Made by a program: the position numbers and the translations under genes
Source of the DNA: Polyangiaceae bacterium
GTDB lineage: Bacteria; Myxococcota_A; Polyangia; Polyangiales; Polyangiaceae
Direction of reading: 5' to 3'
Assembly: GCA_044222475.1 (NCBI GenBank)
Contig: JBGANF010000010.1
Coordinates: forward strand, 32,001 to 96,000
DNA: 64,000 bases
Shown here: positions 56,625-64,000 of the stretch, one piece after another
Numbering within the stretch: the stretch's first letter is position 1
Layout of the letters: each line of letters begins with the position of its first letter
The notes under the pieces: model-generated
Told to the model about the DNA's origin: nothing
The model's database searches: none
Seen by the model: the letters and a program-made list of their open reading frames with translations, nothing else

Positions 56625-58373
56625 GTGAGGTTCCCCCCGTTCTCCTTGGTATCGGCCACGGTCCTCGCCGTCGTCCTCGCCGGCGCTTCGTGCAAGTCGC
56701 CGGAGGCGCCGGTCACTCCGGTCGGCTCGGCGAGCGCATCGGCGTCGATCGCGGCGGCTCCTGACGCGGGACCGCCGGCGATCAAGAACGACGTCCTCGT
56801 CACCATCGTCATCGACCAGTTCGCGGCGTGGATGGCCGACGAACGCCTCGCCGACCTGCCCAAGACGGGAGGCTTCGCTCGCCTCCTCCGCGAAGGGACC
56901 TACGTCCGCGAGCTCCGCTTCCGCCACTCGACGACCGAGACTGCGCCGGGACACTCCGCGCTGTACACCGGGGCGACCCCGCGCGTGTCCGGGATCTTCG
57001 GCAACGAGATCGTCGACCCGCTCACCCACAAGCGCGTGACCGTCCTCCGCGATCGATCGACGACCCAGGTGCTCCCGATGGGCACGACGGACGACCTCGG
57101 ATCGAGCCTCGCGATCCTCGACGTCGAGACGCTCGCCGACCGTCTCCGCGCGGAGCGCGACGATGCCGAGATCATCGCGCTGTCCCTCAAGGATCGCGGC
57201 GCGCTCTTCGGCGGAGGGCGCAAGCCCGACGCCGCGATCTGGTTCGACGCGAAGAAGAACACGCTCATCACGTCGACCGCGATCACGAAGGTGTACCCGG
57301 CTTGGGCCAAGCTGGACCTCGAGCCGCTCGAGCGCGAGCCGTGGAAGCTCCTCGACGCTCCTTGGGTCCAGAAGCACGCCGCCACCGGCGACGACCAGTC
57401 GGGAGAAGGCGACATCGATGGCTTCGGCATCACCTTCCCCCACGACTTCACCGCGTCGAAGACGATCGGCTACGCGTTTCGCGCCAGCCCTCGCGGCGAC
57501 GAGGCGCTGTTCACTCTCGCAAAGACCGCGGTCGATCGCCACGACGCGGCGCGGCCGTTCCTGCTCGCGCTCAGCCTCTCGTCTCACGACGGCGTGAACC
57601 ACACGTTCGGTCCCGACTCGTGGGAGGCCTGGGACGAGCTCCTTCGTCTCGACGCCGCGCTCGGCGCGTTCTTCGCCTACCTCGATCGCAAGTTCGGCGA
57701 GACCGGCTGGAGCACGATGCTCACCGCCGATCACGGCGGCGTGCCCATGCCGGAGATCCCCTCCGCGAAGCATGCATGGTGCAACAATGCGGGCGGCGCG
57801 AACGACCGATGGGAGAGGCCGTGCGCCCAAGGGACGCGAATCCTCCAGGACGAGGTCGGCGACAAGATGGAGGCCGAAGCGCAGAAGCTCGTCGGCGGCA
57901 AAGGCTCGCCTCGCTTGATCGACGGGTTCGCGTCGCCGTACTTGTTCCTCTCGTTCGCGGCGATCAACCTCCCGAAGGACAAGAAGGACAAGCTGCTCAC
58001 GGGGCTTCGCAAGGCCCTCCTCGCGTACCCCGGCATCGACCGGGCCGTGTTCGATCGCGACGAGCTCCACTGCGATACGGCGACCGACTCGATCGACAAG
58101 CTGCTCTGCGAGTCGCTCGCTCCGAAGACGCCGCCGAGCTTCTATCTCGTCGCCAAGAAGGGCTCGTTCTTCGATCCGGCTTACACCGTAGGAAAGGGCA
58201 CGAGCCATGGTGCCCCGTACCTCTCCGATCGCGCCGTCCCGCTGTTCATCCGCTCCCCTGGTCGGGCCGGCATGGGCGTCGTGGTGGACGCGCCCACCGA
58301 TTTCAGCGAGTTCGTGCGCACCGCCGCCTCGATCCTGAAGGTTCGTGCGCCGTCGGGCGCCATGGCTCCCTGA
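56625..58373 (+). CDS. Alkaline phosphatase superfamily (PafA/NPP-like) lipoprotein
   Basis: Lipobox GASC; IVIDQF, TETAPGH, SLKDRGA, DGVNHTFGP, TADHG and SHGAPY. Confidence 0.9.
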   Translation: MRFPPFSLVSATVLAVVLAGASCKSPEAPVTPVGSASASASIAAAPDAGPPAIKNDVLVTIVIDQFAAWMADERLADLPKTGGFARLLREGTYVRELRFRHSTTETAPGHSALYTGATPRVSGIFGNEIVDPLTHKRVTVLRDRSTTQVLPMGTTDDLGSSLAILDVETLADRLRAERDDAEIIALSLKDRGALFGGGRKPDAAIWFDAKKNTLITSTAITKVYPAWAKLDLEPLEREPWKLLDAPWVQKHAATGDDQSGEGDIDGFGITFPHDFTASKTIGYAFRASPRGDEALFTLAKTAVDRHDAARPFLLALSLSSHDGVNHTFGPDSWEAWDELLRLDAALGAFFAYLDRKFGETGWSTMLTADHGGVPMPEIPSAKHAWCNNAGGANDRWERPCAQGTRILQDEVGDKMEAEAQKLVGGKGSPRLIDGFASPYLFLSFAAINLPKDKKDKLLTGLRKALLAYPGIDRAVFDRDELHCDTATDSIDKLLCESLAPKTPPSFYLVAKKGSFFDPAYTVGKGTSHGAPYLSDRAVPLFIRSPGRAGMGVVVDAPTDFSEFVRTAASILKVRAPSGAMAP

Positions 58374-58431
58374 GGCAGCGACCTCTGTTTCCTGGTAGTC
58401 TCGTGCGTCGCCCCGAGGCTTCCCTAAACTC

Positions 58432-59790
58432 ATGTCCGAACCGGCTCTGCAGCACGACGACTCTCCGACGCTCGAGGGCTCCCTCGTCTCGGGGAAGTAC
58501 CGCGTCGGCCGGCTGATCGGCTCCGGCGGCATGGGGACGGTGTGGGACGGCGTGCACGAAGCGCTCGGGACTCGCGTCGCCATCAAGTTCATCAAGCCGT
58601 CGCACGCCTCGGCGAGTGACGCGCGGAAGCGCTTCGAGATCGAGGCGCGCGCAGCCGCCAAGCTCCAATCGAAGCACGCCGTCCAGGTCTTCGACTACGG
58701 CGTGACCGACGCAGGTCTGCCGTACATCGTCATGGAGTACCTCGAGGGCGAGTCGCTGTCGGACGCGCTGATTCGGCGTGGGCCCTTCCCCGCCCAAGAG
58801 GTCGCGCGGATGATCGGGCAGGCGGCGCGCGCGCTCAGCAAGGCGCACAACGCGGGAATCGTTCACCGCGATCTCAAGCCCGACAACATCTTCCTCGCCG
58901 AGTCGGACGAGGAAGGCCACGACGAGGACGACCTACCGTACACGGTGAAGCTCGTGGACTTCGGCATCGCGAAGATGTTCGACGAGCCGATCCGGGGAGA
59001 CTCGAAGGCCATGCCGATGGGCGGCCCGACCCAAGAGGGCGCGGTCATCGGGACCCCGAACTTCATGGCGCCCGAACAGCTCACGGTAGGTGGGAACCCG
59101 AACGCCCTCACCGACCTCTGGTCGCTGGGCGCATGCACCTTCGCCGCGATGACCGCCCGCATCCCCTTCGAGGGCGAGGTGCTCGGCGACATCGTGCTCA
59201 AGGTCTGCGCCGCGCCGCTCCCCGTTCCTTCGAAGTACATCGACGACGTGCCCGCCGGCTTCGACGCCTGGTTCGCACGCGCGTGCAACCGCGACCCGAC
59301 GAAGCGCTTCCAAACCGCCGACGAGCTCGCGCTCGCGCTCGCCAACGTCTGCGGCGTCGGCCGGGTGAAGACGGCGACGCTGAACGAAGATCAGATCCAA
59401 TACGCGCTCAAGCCGTCGTCACCCGACGTCGCGTCGCTCGCGGACGACATCGAGGTCCCGAAGGCCATGTCGCCGAAGACCGCGCTCCTCGCGGGGCTCG
59501 TGCTCGGCGTCACCGTCATGATCGGCATCGCGGGCGTGCTCGCGTGGCGCGACACGCAGCGCCAAGAGGACCTTCTGAACGCTCCGCACTCGGCCACCGC
59601 GAGCGCGCCTCCGTCGACCGCACCGAGCGTCTCGGCGAGCGCTCCGCCGTCGGCATCGGTGTCCGCTTCGGCGAGCGCAACCGCGACGACGCCGGCGCCG
59701 CGGCGAACCGCAGCGCCGACGGCGACGCCGACCACACCTCCGACTGCAACCGCTCCTCCGACCGCCACGGCGACGGCCGACAGCGACTGA
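58432..59790 (+). CDS. Hanks-type Ser/Thr kinase with TM
   Basis: GSGGMGTVW, HRDLKPDN, DFG and GTPNFMAPEQ. Confidence 0.95.
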   Translation: MSEPALQHDDSPTLEGSLVSGKYRVGRLIGSGGMGTVWDGVHEALGTRVAIKFIKPSHASASDARKRFEIEARAAAKLQSKHAVQVFDYGVTDAGLPYIVMEYLEGESLSDALIRRGPFPAQEVARMIGQAARALSKAHNAGIVHRDLKPDNIFLAESDEEGHDEDDLPYTVKLVDFGIAKMFDEPIRGDSKAMPMGGPTQEGAVIGTPNFMAPEQLTVGGNPNALTDLWSLGACTFAAMTARIPFEGEVLGDIVLKVCAAPLPVPSKYIDDVPAGFDAWFARACNRDPTKRFQTADELALALANVCGVGRVKTATLNEDQIQYALKPSSPDVASLADDIEVPKAMSPKTALLAGLVLGVTVMIGIAGVLAWRDTQRQEDLLNAPHSATASAPPSTAPSVSASAPPSASVSASASATATTPAPRRTAAPTATPTTPPTATAPPTATATADSD

Positions 59791-60066
59791 TCAGGCGGCG
59801 GCGTCGCGGACTTGATCGCGGTGCGACTTCAGCGCAGCGCGCACGTCGTCGAAGCTCGGAGCACCAAGCCCTTGCGCGCGGCGAAGCAGGAACAGCGCGT
59901 GATGCACGTCCTGATCGTCCGGCTGCCCGTCGGTCCCCGCGAGCACGTTGCGGTCGATGGCCACCGCGATCGCGGCGACGATCTCGTCACCACGTGACGT
60001 CTCGAGGTACACACGCGCCTCGTCGACGGTCACCGTCGTGAGGCTACGAAGCTTGAGCTGGGCCAT
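59791..60066 (-). CDS. Small hypothetical helical protein (91 aa)
   Basis: GGAG SD, GC-rich codon usage and a sigma54-like promoter upstream. Confidence 0.7.
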   Translation of the reverse strand: MAQLKLRSLTTVTVDEARVYLETSRGDEIVAAIAVAIDRNVLAGTDGQPDDQDVHHALFLLRRAQGLGAPSFDDVRAALKSHRDQVRDAAA

Positions 60067-60099
60067 GTCGAGGTCTCCGAGCGTCACGGAGTGCCGGGA

Positions 60100-60115
60100 C
60101 GCAACCGCTACGCCA
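60100..60115 (-). promoter_or_regulatory. Sigma54-like promoter
   Basis: TGGCGT-AGCGG-TTGCG with GG-N10-GC spacing. Confidence 0.5.
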
Positions 60116-60528
60116 CTTGCAGTGGGAAACGGGCTGAAGGGGAAGGAACACCCCGGGCGCGCACCATGCGCACCCGAGTGAACGTGGAGCCAGGGCGGCG
60201 AACCTGTTCGCCACCCGAGCTCACGTACGTCGGAACGCCGGCAATCGCCGGACGCACCGTTTCTCCACAGACGCTCGTGGCGCCTGCGAAAAACCTTCTC
60301 CGCGCGCACCCACGAGGGGATGCGGGCCCGGAAGCGGGAAAGACGTGGGGGACGCTGGGGGCCTGACTGTTGCCCCGCTGAACCGTCCGCTCTCGTTCGC
60401 CTTCGTCGTCCGCCATTCCTCTACTTCGGGACACGGAAGCTTCTACTTCGATCCGTGTACTCCTCAAACGTAACCCGATCCTTGATCGGTACAACCATTT
60501 TTTTCGGAAAGGTCGGTGGCAGCTTCCC

Positions 60529-62172
60529 CTACAGGGGCGGAGGGGGCAGCTCGAGCCAGCGCACCATCGCTGCGCCGGCGTGCTGCGCGTAGTCGATCCG
60601 CAGCGCCCAATCGACGTCGCTCCCGGGGATCGCGCCAGCGACCGCGACGGGATCCGCCATCAGGTGCGCGCTCGACCCTGGCAGCTGATGCCGGAGGAGG
60701 AGCGCGAACGAGCGCCGCAGCTGCTCGCGGAGTCGCGCGCGCTCGGCGGGGTCGACGCCGGCCTTTTCGGCAGCGGCGAGGGTGGCGACGCCAGCTTCGC
60801 ATCGACTCGCCGCCGGAGTGAGGCGAGGAGTGACGACCGTACCAACTTGGTACGCGCCGTCGCCGTCGAAGAGCGAGTCACCTTCGTGTTGTTGCTGAGC
60901 CCGGCTGTACGCGAGCCAACGGAGGCAGAAATCGAGCGCTTTCGGGTCGGGCGCTCGATCCCAGAGCTCCCCCATCGTCTGGCAGGTCCAGTGCTCCTCG
61001 CCGAAGTAGTACCGGTTCCCGAAGAAGCTCCACGCGCTGCCGACGAGCCGAGCGAGCGCTCGCGACGCACCATCGAGGTACTTCGCATCCCCGAGGAGCG
61101 CGTGGGCCCGCGCGAGGGCAAGCGCGGCTTCGCCGGAGAAGTAGAGGAACTGCACGTCGATCCGCTGCCCGCTCGTCGTCACTTGATGCATGAAGTCGCC
61201 GTCGGGTCGCTGCTGCGACAACAGGAAATCGGCGAGGTCGCGCACCAGGGGCACGTACGACGGGTCGAGGTTGGAGGACGCGATCTCCGCGAACGCCATC
61301 ACCGCGAGCGCGGCCGAGCCGATCTCGAACGTGTCGCCATCGCCGATGCACTTGTACGCACCGCAGGCTTTCAGCCCCGACGACCGTAGGAGGTCTGCGC
61401 TCTGTAGCGCGGACATCTTGAGGACGCCGTCGCCGAGGAGGCGACCGGCCTGCGCGACGAACAGCGTCGTCCCGGCGTGGCGCGGCCAGTCGTACCCGGG
61501 CTTGGCCTCGTTCTTGGCGGCGTCGACGAGGTAACGGTAGTGGCCATCGGCCGACATCCCGCGGGCCAGGTAGCCGGCCGCAGCCGCGATGCCGGCGCGG
61601 AGGTCCGCGTCGGTGAGCGTCTCGGCGTCGATGCGCTTCGGCTTGGGGAGAGACGGTACGGTGCGCTCGGTGCGGACGCGCTCGAGCTGGGCGCGCTCTT
61701 CGACGTCGGCGGGGTTCGCGCCGAGGCGCGACGCGGCCACCGCGCTCACGACCGCGAGATCGAGGCCGATCCCGAGCGTGAGCGCGTCGATCTGCACTCC
61801 GTGATCGTAGGCCTGCAACGCGAGGAGATCGTCCGGTGTGAGGACCGTGCTCTTGCCGTCGATCGTGACGCGCACGCCGTCCCTCCCTGGTACGAACGAC
61901 AGAGCGGCGGTGATGGGGTGGATGCGCAGCACCGGAGCGGTGCCGACCACGTGCTCGTAGACCACGGTGCCGGGAACTCCGTCGAGCGACGTGCCGAGGA
62001 TGTCGGCCTTGGGGAGCTCCGCGCGCGCGACGAGCCGGCCGCGCTGCCAGACGGAGGCGATCACCGGTCCGTCGACTGCGGCGATCGAGTAGCGCGCCCG
62101 CATCGAGACGACGAGAACGAACACGAGCGCGGCGTACGCCGCGAGAAGCCGCCCGAGGCGACGCGGGCTCAC
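60529..62172 (-). CDS. Membrane-anchored alpha/alpha-toroid protein of unknown function
   Basis: N-terminal TM; YDWPRHAGT, LLSQQRPDGDF, YFSGEAALAL and RIDYAQH; GTGA overlap with the upstream gene. Confidence 0.75.
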   Translation of the reverse strand: MSPRRLGRLLAAYAALVFVLVVSMRARYSIAAVDGPVIASVWQRGRLVARAELPKADILGTSLDGVPGTVVYEHVVGTAPVLRIHPITAALSFVPGRDGVRVTIDGKSTVLTPDDLLALQAYDHGVQIDALTLGIGLDLAVVSAVAASRLGANPADVEERAQLERVRTERTVPSLPKPKRIDAETLTDADLRAGIAAAAGYLARGMSADGHYRYLVDAAKNEAKPGYDWPRHAGTTLFVAQAGRLLGDGVLKMSALQSADLLRSSGLKACGAYKCIGDGDTFEIGSAALAVMAFAEIASSNLDPSYVPLVRDLADFLLSQQRPDGDFMHQVTTSGQRIDVQFLYFSGEAALALARAHALLGDAKYLDGASRALARLVGSAWSFFGNRYYFGEEHWTCQTMGELWDRAPDPKALDFCLRWLAYSRAQQQHEGDSLFDGDGAYQVGTVVTPRLTPAASRCEAGVATLAAAEKAGVDPAERARLREQLRRSFALLLRHQLPGSSAHLMADPVAVAGAIPGSDVDWALRIDYAQHAGAAMVRWLELPPPPL

Positions 62173-62627
62173 CGACGATCCCCCAACCACAAGAGCTGCG
62201 CCGACGGAAGAAACACGAGGTACGGAACGACGAGCGCGGCCACGAGCCCCAGAAGAAGTGCGCCGCCGCGCCCCACCGGCCCATACACGCCGGAGAGCCA
62301 GCTCGCGCTGAGCGCGAGGAGGAGGACGAGCACGAGACCGGCCGCGAGCGCGGCGTAGGCCGCGATGCGAGCAACGATCAGCGCGCGCGGGTGACCGAGG
62401 ACGAGGAGCACGCCGGACGCGCCGAGGAGGCCCACGAGGATCGCTGCCGGCACGTCGACCGGGGACCACCGCGCGGGCAGCCCGGCGAAGACGCCGACGC
62501 CGATGACCAGCGCGGCCATCAGATCGGCAGCGCCGAAGAGACGTGACCAGGGCTTTCGGGCGGGGCTCACCACGACGCGCACCGTACCCAAGCGGACCGC
62601 TTGCGGCGAGTCCCATGTGTGGTCCAA
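62169..62627 (-). CDS. Small four-TM membrane protein
   Basis: Four hydrophobic segments; start uncertain. Confidence 0.7.
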   Translation of the reverse strand: MDHTWDSPQAVRLGTVRVVVSPARKPWSRLFGAADLMAALVIGVGVFAGLPARWSPVDVPAAILVGLLGASGVLLVLGHPRALIVARIAAYAALAAGLVLVLLLALSASWLSGVYGPVGRGGALLLGLVAALVVPYLVFLPSAQLLWLGDRR

Positions 62628-62641
62628 TCGCGGGAGGTGGC

Positions 62642-64000
62642 ATGGCGCTACGCACGGGCCTCTACACGACCAGAGCGATCTCCGCGTGGCTCTTCGGCGG
62701 CGCGATGGTGCTCGCGGCGACGCGCGCGCACGCGGCGACGCCCTTCGAACAGGCGACGCAGCTCTTCGACGCCGGCTCGTGGGAGCCGGCCGCGCTCGCG
62801 CTCGAAGGCGTCACGCGCACCGGATCTCCGTTCGAGCGCGAGGTCGCCGAGTACGACCTCGCGATCTCGCTCCATCGCATGGGCCTCCCGAGCGCGGCCT
62901 ACGCGCTGTTCAGCAGCATCGCGGACCGGCCCAACCACGCGCGGTTCGACGAGACGCTCGTGTGGCTCGCGAAGCTCGCGATCGAGCTCCCCGAGCCCGC
63001 CGACGTCATCGAGCGCATCGGCAAGTACGACCCCGACCGCGTCAGTCGATTCGCCGAGACCCAGCGCGAGACGGCCTCGCAGCTGAGATACCTCTTCGGC
63101 CGCTATCAGTACCGCAGCGGTCTCTACGAGGCGGCGCTGCGGTCCTTCGCCGACGTCGGGCGCGCGAGCACGAGCTGGGTCCGCGGCCGCTTCTACTGTG
63201 CGGCGGCGAACGTGCAGCTCCGTCGGTCGGCACCGGCGATCGCGTGCCTCCGCGAAGCGCTCTCTGCGATCGACGCTCCCGGAGCCCCTGCCGACGACGT
63301 CGCGTTGCGCGACCTGGCACACCTCTCGATCGCGCGCGTTCTCTACTCGGATTCGTTCCGACTCGGGAGCGACCGCACGGCGACGATCGACGGCACCGAG
63401 CTCCACTCCGCGGTCGACGCGTGGAGCAGGGTCGATCGCGCGAGCCCGCTCTGGCTCGACGCGCTCTCCGAGCAAGCGTGGGCCTACTTCATGGAGCGCG
63501 ACGATGCGCGCGCGCTCGGGAACCTGCACACCTTGGATGCACCCTATTTCGCCGGCGCGTACTACCCCGAGGCGTCGATCCTCCGCTCGCTGATCTTCGT
63601 CACCAACTGCCAGTGGGAGGACGCGACGACCACTGCGCTCGCGTTCCAGCGCAAGTTCCTCCCCATCGCCGACGGGCTCGGTCGCGTCCTGACCCGAGTG
63701 TCGAGCGACGCCTCCGATGCGCGGGCCCTCGCGCTCGTGGTCGACGTGCGCGCCGACCTCGCCGAGGGCACCGACCGCGCGGGCATCCCGGCGGTCGTGC
63801 GGCCGATGATGGCGCGCATCGCGACCGATCGCGCGATCGGTCGCCAGATCGAGTGGGTCCGCTTCATCGACGCCGAGCGCGCGCGCCTCGGCGAGAAGTC
63901 ACCCGCGCTGCGCGCATCGAGCCTCGGCGGCACAATCGCCGACGTGCTCCAACTCGCGCACGACATCGCGGTCCGAGACGTCGCGAGGCTCGTCCGAGCG
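62642..64000 (+). CDS. GltC-like TPR protein (3' end outside window; absent from the ORF track)
   Basis: Translated by hand from ATG 62642 (GGGAGG SD): signal AHA-A, TPR repeats and WAYFMERDDARALGNLHTLDAPYF..YYPEASILRSLIFVTNC, resembling myxobacterial GltC. Confidence 0.75.
   Translation, partial: MALRTGLYTTRAISAWLFGGAMVLAATRAHAATPFEQATQLFDAGSWEPAALALEGVTRTGSPFEREVAEYDLAISLHRMGLPSAAYALFSSIADRPNHARFDETLVWLAKLAIELPEPADVIERIGKYDPDRVSRFAETQRETASQLRYLFGRYQYRSGLYEAALRSFADVGRASTSWVRGRFYCAAANVQLRRSAPAIACLREALSAIDAPGAPADDVALRDLAHLSIARVLYSDSFRLGSDRTATIDGTELHSAVDAWSRVDRASPLWLDALSEQAWAYFMERDDARALGNLHTLDAPYFAGAYYPEASILRSLIFVTNCQWEDATTTALAFQRKFLPIADGLGRVLTRVSSDASDARALALVVDVRADLAEGTDRAGIPAVVRPMMARIATDRAIGRQIEWVRFIDAERARLGEKSPALRASSLGGTIADVLQLAHDIAVRDVARLVRA

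Noticed and set aside
60090..60135. c-di-GMP-I riboswitch-like GGGACGCAA
   Set aside because: The upstream GGCAAA/GNRA P2 elements are missing, no plus-strand gene follows, and the site is better explained as a minus-strand sigma54 motif.
60108..60494. 128-aa ORF in the intergenic region
   Set aside because: Atypical codon usage, no motifs, SD directly abutting the internal ATG, and overlap with promoter-like and hairpin elements.

Overview
A very GC-rich, gene-dense chromosomal window, most consistent with a myxobacterium of the Sorangiineae/Polyangiaceae type. It has four Hanks-type Ser/Thr kinases, many lipoproteins, PilT, a GltC-like TPR protein, a DUF1501 module and several sigma54-type promoters. 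About 60 CDS can be supported, plus tRNA-Ala(CGC), a compact cobalamin riboswitch and four intergenic palindromic elements. I found no CRISPR array, prophage, integrase or transposase. Most notable: (1) a secreted, Cys-containing leader ORF ending in an RPP motif, with alternative mRNA hairpins, upstream of two triple-DsbA proteins (candidate ribosome-arrest sensor of export or oxidative folding). (2) A B12 riboswitch whose 5' half is exactly duplicated (58 bp) across a REP-like element, controlling a BtuH-like lipoprotein. (3) A structured ~350-nt intergenic RNA candidate. (4) Frequent apparently leaderless genes, including sigma54-driven ones. (5) An orphan fliO-sctR pair. (6) An MsrP-like/PepSY-TM redox pair. 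All family calls come from motif recognition by eye, not from database searches, and many start codons are estimates.
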